This document shows, one piece after another, positions 13,396-25,830 of a DNA stretch of 64,000 nt (position 1 is its first letter; each line of letters opens with the position of its first letter). The notes under the pieces are model-generated. The model had not been told where the DNA came from and searched no databases. It saw nothing but the letters and a program-made list of their open reading frames with translations. The translations under genes and the position numbers were made by a program. This stretch comes from Podarcis pityusensis (taxonomy: Eukaryota). The stretch lies in NCBI GenBank assembly GCA_964106645.2, contig OZ067042.1. The stretch is one strand, 5' to 3'.

Positions 13396-13611
13396 ATTTT
13401 CGTTCTTTCTTTTCCTTTAAAAAGAATAATAATTACTGAAATCTTTCAACATAAAATACAATCTGGATCAAAGTAGCCTACAATGCAGGAATATTTAAAA
13501 GAACCAAAATATATAAAAGTAAGAGAGAGAAAAGCAAAAAGTGGGAAAATGTACCCATAAGGCCCTTCACCATATTTATATTGTATGCATCCTGTCATCT
13601 ATCTACATACA

Positions 13612-13683
13612 TTTTTGCCAAATATGGGGCTCGAACCCACAACCCCAAAACCGAGAGTCTCATGCTCTACCAACTGAGCTATC
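13612..13683 (-). mobile_element. tRNA-Lys(CTT)-derived SINE head
   Basis: Minus strand TAGCTCAGTTGGTAGAGCATGAGACTCT..GGGTTGTGGGTTCGAGCCCCA. Confidence 0.75.
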
Positions 13684-14789
13684 TTTCTTTCTTTTGCAAG
13701 CAGACATGCATGGTACTGCACTCCTACAGAGTTCAGAAGTCTTCCCCAACCTGGTGCCCTCCAGACATTTTGGACTACAATTCCCAACCTCCCTAAGAAC
13801 TGCAGATGAAGGACGGTATACAAATTTAGCTAATAATAATAATAATCTATAAACACAAGATCATTTCTTTTTCTTTTTTTCACCTGTCGTGGCGCCCTGT
13901 ATCCCTAGTACCATCCCTTCTGGAAGGTTTTAGGCTTTTTGAGTTGCCTCTAAAAGCACAGATAGTAGTCTTCAACCTTTTTAGACCCAGGAACCCAGTT
14001 TATCTGCATTAGGTGCCCATTTCTTAATCTCTCAGCCTGCATTTGCTCCTGTGCCGCAACCCACCTTTAAGGCAGGTCCAACCCACCAGTGGATGAGAAG
14101 AAGGAAAACCTTTGGACTATTAGCCGATTTGTGTGGCTGGGGTGGCGAGAGCCACAGAGAGTTATGTAATACGAGAGAAACAACCCGGCACACAGCCACC
14201 CAGAAATAACATTGTGAAAGGTTTGGGTTGATCAATAAAGGGTGATTTGCTGCATTGTGTGTGTGGAGTCACTTCCAGTTAGCATCCTTATAAGGCTCAG
14301 CAGCTTAAAAGGGTGAGCAGTTCTCCAATAAATAAGTACTGTGTTTTTGGATGCATCCTAAAAGTAGGTAAAAAAACAACAACTTCCAGATTCTATACGC
14401 AAAATTATACAGAGCAATACTCTCCTACATGGAACAAAATGCTCTGTTAGGTTTTGACATAACATGCTCTCTTCTGGTCAGATTAACCAATTACTCTGCC
14501 CCACTGTGTAGGAAACACACGTGGGAAAAGGAACAAGCATTTAAAACAGGCTTTTTTCCCCTCTTGAGAATTAAACCCATCCACACCAAGTCTGAGCTAG
14601 TCTCCTGTCCGCTTATCCCTAACATAGAATGCTAGAGGATGCACAGAGCCCAGGTAGGGCACAGATCTGACCCATAAGGAAGACTCTGGGGTAAAAATTG
14701 CAGCCAGGAGACAAGGGACCTTTTATAGGCAGAACACAAGCTCTGCCGCTGACTTATGGCCCCAAACGTTATTGATAGCTGGCCTCCCC

Positions 14790-15510
14790 TAAGTTATTTT
14801 TTATTCTTTTATTCTTTATTAAATTTGTATACCGCCCTATATGTAGATGTCAGGGCGGTTCACAACATAAAATTGCAATCCCAAAAACACAAAATGCATG
14901 ATAAAATTAAGAACAGAAACAAACCAATAATCCACAACACATTTCAAAAGGGCATTGGATGTCAATCACATACCCTCCAACATTTATCCGATGAAAATAG
15001 CAACGCCCTATTCCATAATGATAATTTTACTATTTATACCCCACACATCTGACTGGGTTGCCCAGCCACTCTGGGCAGCTTCCAACATATATAAAAACAT
15101 TTTAAAATATATTCCCTAAACAAGATTGCCTTCAGAAGGCTCGGGGGTCAGATAACTCCATACCCTCCAACATTTCTCCAATGAACATAGGGACATCCTA
15201 AGGAAAAGTGGAACATTCTGGGATCAAATCAGAAACCGGGATGGCTTCTCTAAATCAGGGACGTCCCTGGAAAATAGGGACACTTGGAGGGTCTGCAATC
15301 AGCCAACGGCCTGGTGGAAGAAGAACGTTTTTGCCTGGCGCCTAAAGGTATGTAATGAAACCGCCAGTTGAACGTTCCACAAAGGAGGAGCCACTGCAGA
15401 AAAGGCACATTCGTCTCGTGGAGGAGGCACACAAAGAAGGACCTCAGAGGATGACCCCTGGGTCCAGGTTGGTTCATATGGAGAGAGGTGGTCCTTGAGG
15501 TATTGTCCAC
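14790..15510 (-). mobile_element. L2 LINE 3' fragment interrupted by a hAT-like MITE and a second L2 tail
   Basis: L2-type tail (TTTATT..TACCGCCCTAT..CAGGGCGGTTCACA) and L2 ORF end at 15298-15510; insert ATACCCTCCAACATTT..GGACACTTGGAGGGTCTG at ~14970-15296, with a similar unit at ~59520-59730. Confidence 0.65.
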
Positions 15511-16724
15511 TCTCTCCATATTCTCCTCTTCTGGTAATATAAAGCCCAGTTTCCAAAATAAAACTGAGCAATTCCTATCACAGCCTCATTGCTGAGTGAG
15601 TTCCTCCCTCCCTCCGCATTTCAGGTATCCCTCCGTGCAGGACCGCCAGGGGAAAGTTGCAGAGTCCCAGGCTGCATCCTCACAACCGACTTGGCTCACG
15701 TCCCGAGCCAAGCACATGCAAAATAGGCCCCAACTTGCACTCACAGCCTCAGCGCATGGGTAGGTGGTGTTTATCCAGACTGCAGAGCAGCATCACTCAG
15801 CAAGGAAGGCGTGAGGCCTCCCTCCCTTCTCGACAACACATACGGTCAGACCGGTACTTGTTATACGGCAGAGCAACTTTTGCAAAAACAACCGGAGTGG
15901 GGGGGCAGGGGGAGAATCCATGCTGCTTGGGAGTCCTGAGCCACTCCTTGGAGAGGGAGGAGGCGCAGGAAGGACAACTCTCTCAGAGCATTTGCTTGCA
16001 ACCTTGTTAACTGTGGCAGACAATCTGAGCCAGGGCTGGTTGGGAGAGCCTAGAGAGAAAATACCTCCTCCTGCATTTCTTAAGAGAAGCCCCCGTTTGG
16101 GGGAAAGAGTGGCAGAGATTGATAAGCATGGCTCCTCCAGCAGGGCTAGGGAAGACCCCTCTCTGAAACCCTGGGGCCTGAAGCAGAAGTCAGAGCTGGC
16201 ACTACCGAGCTAGACGACTAACCTATTGCCACTCCCAGAAGGTGACTAGCTAGCCTGAGCAACAACTGCAGGCGGGGGGGGGGGGAAGAAAGCGCCCGAG
16301 TAGGGCTATCTGTCATCTTCTTCAAGTCCATGGGGTTTCACAATGGATTATCTCCCCACTCGCCCAAGCCTCTTTAAAAGGACAAGCTGCTAGCCCTCAG
16401 TAGTAAGGCAGGTCTTGAGGACCAGCAAGGAGCCTCTATGAAAGCCTGCACTGGTTTGTAAGGAAACAGGTGTACCTTCCTCTACCCACTCCTACCTACC
16501 CTTGTGTCGTTAAGGGTCCACAGCTATCCTTTAGTCTCCTTTCTGTCCTTTGTTACTGTCTGCATTTTTTCTCAAAATCAGGATTCTGCAGAAACCCAAA
16601 CTTTGCAGAGTGTGTGCATGCAGAAAACAAGCCAAGCCTGCACAACATTCCTCGTTTACTTGCACCATCTCGCTTTCAAACCAGAACACACACACACCCT
16701 GTTCGTCGCATGCCCATCCTGCTC

Positions 16725-16900
16725 TTCCACCAGAGAGCTCGGGGCAGTTTATGTGGGGTTGTCCCTGTTCTATCCACACAGCTGCTCTGTGGGGCAGGTT
16801 GGGTTGAGTGTGAGCAACTGTCCCAAGGCCACCCAGTACGCAACACATCTGAATGCAGATCAGAACCCAAGTTTCTCTGGTTGATGGTTCCAACGCTCTA
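16725..16900 (-). mobile_element. Degenerate MIR-like SINE
   Basis: CCCAAGGCCACCCAGT core and reverse B-box remnant. Confidence 0.55.
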
Positions 16901-17365
16901 GGACAAGGATGGGGAATCTGGAAAGGCCACAACTCTCTTCCACCACAGCTAGCTCTGGGATGATGGGTGCCACAGATTAGATGAAATCCTTAAAATTAAG
17001 CCCTTGCTAGCTCCCAGCAGCATTGCTGCCCAGTGGTTTATGTTCAGTTACATACACTGTGCTATTTGTCTGCACGAAACTGGTGGATTCTCAGGGACGC
17101 AGTGCACAGACCATCGTTTCACTTGCATGTCCCACCTGGCTGGAGACATGTGCATGTTTAAGCATGTTTCTCCTAATCATGTACCACAGTGGAGATGAGG
17201 CAGGCAGAAGGCATTCAGTCAGCGCACACTGCAAAATGCAAATGGATCGACATTTGCTGAGTAGGCAAATGGCACAACTCTGTGTTGCTTCAATACCTCT
17301 GACCCGGATGATTTCGCACACGGGTAAGCAAGTCTCAACTGTTCGCACAACCCTATGCATACAAA

Positions 17366-17681
17366 GAATCCCAGAATTTTAGAGTTGGAAGCGTAATCTA
17401 GTCCAACTCCTTGCAATGCAGGAATCTCAGCTAAAGCATCCATTAACAGATGACCATCCAACCTCTGCTTAAAAGTCTCCAAGGAAGGAGAGTCCACAAC
17501 CTCCTGAGGGAGTTTGTTCCACTTTCTAACAACTCTTACTGTCAGAAGGTTCTTCCTGATGTTGAGCCGGAATCTCCTTTCTTGTAACCTGAAGCCATTG
17601 GTTCGAGTCCTGCCCTCCAGAGCAGGAGAAAGCAAGCTTGTTCCATCTTCCATGTGGCAGCCCTCAAGATATTTGAAGATA
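17366..17681 (-). mobile_element. CR1 LINE 3' fragment
   Basis: ORF 17219..17653 contains RTRTNGFRLQERRFRLNIRKNLLTVRVVRKWNKLPQEVVDSPSLETFKQRLDGHL, the CR1 ORF2 C-terminus. Confidence 0.93.
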
Positions 17682-18030
17682 GATGGCTGTCAGATCTCCT
17701 CTCAGTCTCAAGCAGATGTGCCTTCTCAACCCCAGATTTACTCAGGTTCTCTCATGTGCGCATACATACGCAGGTGCCTTCACTCTCAAAGCAACATGTG
17801 TGCCCAGATGGCATGAAGACTCCAACATCTGTGCAGGGCTGGTGCCGAACCTGCAAGCAAGCCAGGGGTGAGGAACCTGCAGCTCTTCAGGTGTTGCTGA
17901 ACTAGACATTTCCACAGCATCTTCAGGTAAAATAGGGAATGTCCCTTGTCTGAAATCCTGAATAGCCACTGCAGTCAGCTAGCTGTGCCAATGGTCTGAT
18001 TCAGCTCAAGGCAGCTTCCTACAGTGATGA

Positions 18031-18172
18031 GGCAGCTCAGTCGGTAGAGTGCAAGACTCTTAATCTCAGGGTTGTGGGTTCAAGCTCCACGTTGGGCAAA
18101 AGATTCCTGAACTGCAGGGGGTTGGACTAGATGACCCTCGGGGTCCCTTCCAACTCTACCATCTCTACTATG
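18031..18172 (+). mobile_element. SINE: tRNA-Lys(CTT) head + CR1 3' tail
   Basis: AGCTCAGTCGGTAGAG..AGACTCTTAATCTCAGGGTTGTGGGTTCAAGCTCCACGTTGGGC, then AGATTCCTG..GGGGGTTGGACTAGATGACCCTCGGGGTCCCTTCCAACTCTAC. Confidence 0.88.
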
Positions 18173-18174
18173 TA

Positions 18175-18425
18175 GAGTCGTACCTTGGAGGTTGAATGCC
18201 TTGGCTCCCAAACAAATCGGCTCCTGGATGATCGAAACCCGGAAGTGAGTGTTCCGGTTTTCGAACATTCTTTTGGAAGCCGAACGTCCAACGGGGCTGC
18301 CGCGGCTTCTGATCGGCTGCAGGAGCTTCCTGCAGCCAATCAGAAGCCACACTTTGGTTTCCAAACATTTTGGGAGTCAAACCAACTTCCAGAACGGATT
18401 CCGTTCAACTTCCAAGGTACGACTG
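18175..18425. mobile_element. Tc1/mariner-superfamily MITE
   Basis: TA-GAGTCGTACCTTGGA ... TCCAAGGTACGACTG-TA; internal palindrome. Confidence 0.9.
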
Positions 18426-18668
18426 TATGTCCCATCAGCTCTAGCCAGCAGGGCTGATGGGACTTGAGAATCCAGCAACACCTGGAGCACCACAGATCAG
18501 CTACCCCCTGACCTAAGCAGAGCAGGCACGTGTCCCTGACACAAGTTGCATCCTTGTCCCATTTTCAGATTTTTGCTGACCCGCATCCGACTCAAATGCT
18601 CCACCTGCAGCATGGGAAGACTGCGGCTTCATTTAGAGTCCCAAACAAAGCCAGCGTTTCAAAGCAGC

Positions 18669-18700
<32 letters not shown>

Positions 18701-19582
18701 TGCTTCTCATATTACAGCAGCGCCTAAAGGCCCCAGCTCAGGCAGAGCCCCATTATAGGCAGACAATGAGCGCTGGTCCTTGCATCCAACTCTTTTAATT
18801 ACAGGACAATAGGCAGAGGGAAGAAAGGGAAGGTGGATTAGTAGCTGCTTTGTGAGAGGGACAGGGAAAAAAAAGAACTATGCTTCTTGTCCCAGGCCAT
18901 GCTAGGAGCAAAATGGGAAGAGCTGGCTGCTAGAGCAAGCATAATGAAAGGATGAACAGATGAACCACCTCTTCGCTTGGATCCTCAGCATCAGGACCAG
19001 AGGCTTTTTAAGCCAGAGACACTCACACTTCCCCAGGCATTTTCCAGATGTTTTAGACTACAACTCCCATCAGCCCCCAGCCAACATTTGGTGGGAACTG
19101 TGGTCCAATATCTGGAAGGCAACAGGCTGGAGAACGTTGATCTGATTTTGGTCAGTTCTTATGCTGAAGTTCAACCAACCAGCCAGCCAATACACCTTTT
19201 GCTTAGACAGGCTTACACAGGCAAGTAAAGTCTACCTGCTGTTCAATATCTCATGCACATACACATACATTTGCACTAACTTGTTTTTCAACTCTTTTAC
19301 CGAGAATTCTAATGCATATTTTCATTTCACGTAAACTGCTTTTATGATCCGACAAATTCCATCACATAAATAAATAAAACAGAGGGCAAAATGACACGTT
19401 ACGCCTGGGATCATGTGACTGACTTCTTTCTCCATGTAACACTTCTTTCTCCAAAAAGCAGCCAGTAGAACAACTCAATTTGGATGCAAGCTGCAACACC
19501 AGTCTGGAGTTTAACACTTTACCAACATCAGGTATGGGGGAACCTTTGGCTCCCAGCTGTTGCTGAACTAAAACTCAAATCA

Positions 19583-19708
19583 GTCATAGAATTGTAGAGT
19601 TGGAAGGCACCCCAAGGGACATCTAGTCCAACCCCTGCCTGCACTGCAGGAATCTCAACAAGCGGTCCCCCATCCAAACTGAGACCATACTGGACACTGC
19701 TTTGCTTT
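19583..19708 (-). mobile_element. CR1 3' tail abutting a 5S-rRNA-derived segment
   Basis: Minus strand AAAGCAAAGCAGTGTCCAGTATGGTCTCAGTTTGGATGGGGGACCGC (5S internal promoter-like), then GAGATTCCTGCAGTGCAG..GGGTTGGACTAGATG..CTTCCAACTCTACAATTCTATGA. Confidence 0.65.
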
Positions 19709-20173
19709 GAAAATGTGCCGGCAGATTTATTGCTGCACCGCTTCTTCCTCCAAGGCCAATGATGATAGGAGCTGCAGTTCCAACAATGCCTGCAGGTCCA
19801 CAGGTCCCCCAAAGCTGGCCTACCTGCTGACTTCCCCAAACTGACCACCCAAATATATGGGCAGAAATATATAATGGCATCAGGACAGGAGAGGTACATT
19901 TGCTTGAGGAAGCAATGGTTGCCTCCCTCTCCTTTGCAAGGAAGCCTTGCTCCAGTTCACCCACACTCACGATTGCAGCTGCTTTTGGGAGAAGAAAATT
20001 ACATCAGAAGTTCCTATCGCAAAACTCCAGCATAACATGTAACTTTGCCCTTTACTCTGGTTGTAGGGATGCAGCACGGCTGTTAGGTAGAATGAATGAG
20101 CTATGAGTCGGGACACATCCTGATCCAAATTCATGGTAGACACAAACTCACTCGCTCATGGGAAGGGAGGGAG

Positions 20174-20208
<35 letters not shown>

Positions 20209-20512
20209 CTGCTTGCCTGTCAGTAACACAGGGATAATTGTGGGTTGCCTTTCAGGGTTGCTGCATTGATTTCCGAGATAAAACCAAGCACACATACATA
20301 AGAGCCTTGCTATATCCTACCGAAGGCCCAATGGTCCAGCATCTGCTTTCTACAAGGGCTGGCCTGATGATGCGCAGCAGAAGCTTGCAAACAGGACCTG
20401 AGCACAACAGCCGTCTCCTTCATTTGCTCCCCAGCAGCTGGTTTCCAGAGGCATGCTGCCTTTGGATCCTGGAGGTAAGAGTACAGCCATCATGGGACTA
20501 GTAGCCGCTGCC

Positions 20513-21056
20513 TGTCGGAAGCGAGCCAGCAATAAATCACACAAAGTACATGAAGTTAACTCTGTATTGGAAGAAACAAGGTCTGCTTGGGAGGGCCAGG
20601 CCTAACAAAACCAGCAACTCTTCTTCTTCGGTGGGTCTTGCCCACAGCTGCCAAAGTCTCCTCCTCTCCTGGGTCTTTCCCAAGCAATCTGAGACTGCGT
20701 TGGTGTGCCTGCCTTTGCTCCTCCCGCTTCATGCCTCTCCTGGTCCTGGGAGACCAGGGGGAAGGGGAGCTGGTTGCAGGAGATGAGGAGACACCCTGGG
20801 TTCTTCACCAGACTGACTCATCTCTGTCTCTTGACCTCCCTCCCCTTCTGCTTCTGGACTGCTCTCTGCCACTGTGTCCCCCTGCTCACTAAACCCTGTT
20901 ACCTCTTCAGCTTCCAACACCTCCTCCTCCCAGGCTTCTCCCTCTGACCACTCATCAACATCCCACCACCAATTCCCGGTCTCTGAGCCTTGTTCCCTTG
21001 GGAGTTCCCCAGCTGGTTACTCCGACCATTCCTCTGTGTCCAGCCAACGCGTGACA
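20513..21056 (-). mobile_element. Probable solo LTR (Gypsy-like) inserted in an old CR1 fragment (~20350-21170)
   Basis: TGTC...GACA termini; the host CR1-type sequence GTAGCC|ACTGATAGC resumes after the insert; TSD decayed. Confidence 0.55.
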
Positions 21057-24000
21057 TCACTGATAGCTTTAGCCTCCATAAATTTGCCTAACTCTCTTTT
21101 AAAGTCACCTACATTGGTGGCCTTCTTCACGTCTTGTGACAGGGAATTCCAGGATCTAACAGTGCCCTATGAAAGCAGTATTTCCTTGTTCATCAATACC
21201 CCTTACTGGCTTGCAACCCACTACACCTTCTGAAAGCCAGTACCTATTTAGAAAAGTTTAGGATGTGCCACAAAAGACTGCAATATAGTAGGAGGGCAAA
21301 TTGATGAGCCACCTTCCGCAGACCTAAGCACTTTCACAAACACAAAGCCACCAGCGGATACAACACCACAACGTTGACATGGCTCAAATCGACTGGATGC
21401 AACCCCATTCTTTGTGCTACTAATGAATTTTGTGACATTGCATTTTTTAATGAAATGGGATGCTTTCTGCAAGAAAACGAAGGTACAAGAGAGGTGCAAG
21501 GGAAAAGGGCTATGGGAGAAAATTGCAGTATCATAGGAAGTATTATTGTTGCTGTCAGTGTCAAGGTAAAAACAATTGCTGCTGTAAAGAAGCAATTTCT
21601 GCCACATAAGCACAGGGTCTCTAGTGTGCATCACCTTGAAAGTTTGAGAGGGGCACGGTTCATATATTTTGTATCAGCTAAAAGCTGGCCCCAACACGGC
21701 TCCCATCAGCTCCAGCTGCGTCGTGTCATGGAACATCCACAAACAGTCTAACTTCAGAGTGGGAAGGGCTGTTCAAAAATGCTGCAAAAATAGTGGACGC
21801 ATGTGGGGAGACTCGTACATAGGGCATGGCAACAGAGTGTGCACACACTGCTGGTAGCCAGAAGGTGGGAAAAGCAGAGCGCAACCCAAGCGACAAGGGG
21901 TCTAGGGCAATGAAATGTGAGGGGCATCACAGCTCAGAGATGGGGGATATAAAGTAGGCAAAGTGATAGCAGCAGGGATTTGAGGGAAGAGTAGATGGCT
22001 GCAGATGTCAGAGGGGTGTGGGTACTTGAAAGAAATACCAATGAAGAAAGTTCCACATAGGTCTTATCTTAGGACAGAGGAGGGAAAGGAACATTTATTT
22101 GAGTTAGCCAGCCTGCTCCCTGGGAACAGGCCTGTCATGCTGTGACTTTTAGGGTAGTTTTCCGTTAAAAATGACCCTGAGAAGAAATCCAACATGGGAA
22201 CACTACCAGCTCCAGAAAGCCAGCGTGAAACCAGAAGGTCTCGCAGGCTTTGAAGCCCAAAATATTGTGCCGCCCTCCTGGGAAGTGACCCAGGATGGAT
22301 GCTGTGCCAATGGCAGAACCAGTAGAGAGAAAGGGGGCCCAACTCACTTTCTCATGTCAGGATTTTCTTGGGGTTGGGGTGAAAAATAACTTCTAGCAGA
22401 GAACTGTGCGTTAATAATGCCAGAAAGCTTCAAGCACAGCAGGCTCCCGGAAAATCAACGTCTGTTTGGAGGGCCCCAATTGGTACCTTGGAAACCACAA
22501 ATTAGCAGGATGCCGGGTCCAGTATTTGGTTCTCGGCACATCCAAGACCCCAGCATGCGTCAACTCAAAGCCGTCCAACTCCTCTCCCCACAGCAGCGAG
22601 CCACGCCTGCGCAGACGTGGTGCGGCACTCTCTGGCTGCCATTATCCATTTTGCTCAAAGAGCGCCGCGGCCGCCATTTTAGGCTCCTTCAACAGCTCTG
22701 GCAAGAATTCAAGGAAAGCGAGAGGACCCAAAACGCACAGCTCTGCGGTGGCTTCCTTAAGGCAGATAACTTTCAGGTGGCTTAGCTCGAGAATCTGCAC
22801 CGAGAAAGTCTTACGAAGAATGTTTTATGCGCACACAAAATGTCCAGGAGCAGGCACACCTGCCTCGTGGCCACTCGCTTCCCCACAAGCTCCTCCTCAG
22901 TGCTGAGGGAAACATGAAGCCCGGTTCTCGCTTGCCTGCCAGGGCCTGCACACTTGAGAGAGAGTCGGGTTCCAGGGGACGCTGTCTCCCCTGCCATTCC
23001 CTTCTTACTGACCCGTGGCTCTCCCTGCTTGACCTCCCCACCACCTCCGGCTCATCAATCACAGACTTCCCTCCGCTCGGTGGGGAAGGAGGGAGGAGAG
23101 ATGTACATTCGCCTCGGTTTCTGGTGTTCCCCCTCCTCGCCAAGCAGCAGAGGGCCTCCCCGGCTCCAGCAGGCAAGCCGAGGGAACAGAGCGGCTTGCA
23201 GTTCTCCTCATATCAGGAATATCTGTCCAGCCCTGCCACCTCCTCTCCTGCCCCATCTGCTGAAACCGTCCGGCAAAATGTCTGCGGCGAGGGACAAAAA
23301 GCCGCCGTTCGGCTTCTACTTTGTCGCAAAGCGAACAAAAACACAGCCCTCAGCAGCTCCAAGCCACGGGTCTTCCTCGCCAATTTAAATCAGTGCAGGG
23401 TTTTTTGCGGCCCACCCTCAGTTTCTTGGCCTCCCCGCCTGCCGCGTGGATCCCGGACGCGCCGTACCCAAACTCCCACACTGTTCTTGCCAACAACACT
23501 CGGCTCTCTGCTGCCTTTGGGCTGGCGCATGGATTTTGTCCCAGCCAAACTAAACTTTCAGTTTCAATCACAGCAACGGCACCAGCAGCCTGCATTCCGC
23601 CACTCTCTGAATGGCAAGGGCAGCAAACATGCTGTGACACCACAGCAATTCAGCCAATGGCTTTGGAGAGGGGGGTCGTGAGACTGTGTCTGTTTCTCGA
23701 GAGAAGGGGGTAGCTGATGTCTCCCAGACAACTCCCGTCATCAACCATCGCCCAGGAGGACTGAACCTGTTGGGAACTGTAGTCCCAAACCCCTGAAAGG
23801 CACTCAGTTGAGGAAGGTTGTTCCAGAGGCAGTGAGAAACCACCCCTGTTCCTCACATACAACAAGCACATTTTTCTTCCCTCTGCAAAACAGTGGCAAG
23901 AGCTCAGCAAGGAATGGGGAGAAGGGCCTCATTCTGATCTGGTAGGCAACACACAGGTCATTGGACTGGGATTTGTCGCTCTCTCTCATTTTAGAAGAAA

Positions 24001-24483
24001 TGTGTGGCTTCCTCTTTTCAAAGCTTCGAAAAAGAATATCGGAAGGTATTTAAGTGAGCTGCTTGCAGTATTTATAGCTATTTTTAGCTTTTTATAATCT
24101 TTGCCGGCAGTCGTGTCTTTGTACGGAGTAGTTATCCTCATTAATGGTTTTCATTGTTAAATCTAGATTTGTTTCTGTTACCTTTGTTCCCAATTCTTGT
24201 AAAATATTTATTTCTTTTGCTTTCTTTTGAGTTACCTTGAGAACCCATTTTGGCGGGGGTGGAAGGATTTGCAAAAAATAAAAATAAAAATCCTATAGGA
24301 GGGTTTGTGTTTTAGCAGGGAGGGAGCCCAGGCTGAAGATTCGTCACCACTGATCTATGAGCATTACCCAAGAAGGAGCTAGATAACGGCAACCAAGTGA
24401 CCTAAAGGTGGAGGATTTGTGGGGATTTTCCTCTCCCAAGCTAAGGAGGTTGGGGGGAAGTCATGGCAGAGGGTCATAAAAAG

Positions 24484-24484
<1 letters not shown>

Positions 24485-24516
<32 letters not shown>

Positions 24517-24662
24517 AAATTTGTATGCCGCCCTATATCCGTAAATCTCAGGGCGGCTCACAACATTTAAATAACAATATAAAAAACCCACAAAACACAT
24601 TGCCATAATAAAAACAGAAACAAACCAATAACTCCCACCTCCACAGCAACATTTAAAAGGGT
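24485..24662 (-). mobile_element. L2 3' end with (TTGA)n tail
   Basis: (TTGA)7 then TGCCGCCCTAT..CTCAGGGCGGCTCACA. Confidence 0.75.
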
Positions 24663-25229
24663 GATGCAGAGAATACGAGAAGAACTGCCCTCTCATATCA
24701 CCCCGACCTCAAGGAAGCTTTGTCCAAAGATAACATCTGGCAGTGCAACCAGGACGGGCGAAAGGAAACTCTGCAAAATAACCGAGAGCTGGCACAGTCC
24801 GTAAGCCGCACCAAGTCTTCCTCAACCTGGCATCTTCCAGATGTTTTGGGCTACGATTCCCATCAGCCCCAGCCCAAAACATCTGGAGAGCACCGGGTTT
24901 AAGAAGGCCGAGCTATGTTAAGAGTGAGGTGCACAGATTTTTAATGCATAAGCAAGTCTTGCAAAGTGCTGCCCCAAGTTCACAAATATGTCTATCGGAG
25001 GTTTATTTGGCCATGGTAGCTAACATGGAGTCTTCAGATACAAAGTGGGAATATTTCTAAATACTGGCAAGCATGTACGGAGAATGCATTGTCTTTGTGC
25101 CCTTTTTATGGCATTCCCGGCGATATCTGGTCAGTCAGTGTCAGAATCAGGATCCCAGACTAAGTGGACCTTTGGCTTGACCCAGCAGAGCTCTTCGCGA
25201 GTGGCATCGTTCAAATCATTCGCACATAG

Positions 25230-25830
25230 TCCTCATTCACACCAAACACTTAAAGCACTTTTATGCCAATTTAAACCATCATGGCTGCCCCCCTCCCCCC
25301 AAAGAATTCTGGGAGCTGTAGTTTGCTACGGGTGCTGAGAGTTGCTAGACCACCCCTATTCCCCTCACTGAGCTACAGGTTGCAGAGTTCCCTGTGAAGA
25401 GGAATTGACTGTGAAACCACTCTGGGAATCGCAGTTCTATGAGGGGATTAGGGGCCTAATAGCAGTAGGAGTCTCAAAAAGAGATGGAAAAATTCTGGAA
25501 ATTTTGAAGCACATCCCCCTAGCCTTTCCAAGGAGGAAAACCAGAAAATTTGATGTAAAGTTGAAACATGCAATACTTTCCTTCTTCACCAAACCTGAAT
25601 TTATAATGCATAAATATCTTCATAAGATGAATTTTGAGCGAGTAGAACTACATTTTTAAAAGACACGTCACTCCTTACAAAGCCACATTCAAAACTCCTG
25701 GCTTCCCCCAAAGAAGCCCAGGAACTGTAATTTTCCAGGAGTTCTGGGAGCTGTAGCTCTATGATGGGAAACTACAGTTCCCACAGTTATTTTTGTGGGG
25801 CAGGGGGCAGCGAGGATGTGCTTCAAATGT
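25230..25830. mobile_element. Copies of the abundant squamate palindromic GGGAGCTGTAGT/ACTACAGTTCCC repeat
   Basis: The motif pair recurs near 2100, 13770, 19060, 23770, 24850, 27920, 45110, 51120 and 54380. Confidence 0.6.

Noticed and set aside
18031-18107. Functional tRNA-Lys gene (also tRNA-like sequences at 3200, 9051 and 13612)
   Set aside because: Broken acceptor/anticodon stems and, in the 18031 and 3200 copies, an attached CR1 tail indicate SINE heads.
22827-23681. 284-aa ORF
   Set aside because: No recognisable domain or exon structure; lies in a GC-rich patch, antisense within the intron.
24092-24274. 60-aa ORF resembling a coding fragment
   Set aside because: It is the antisense reading of an AT-rich LINE-type 3' tail.
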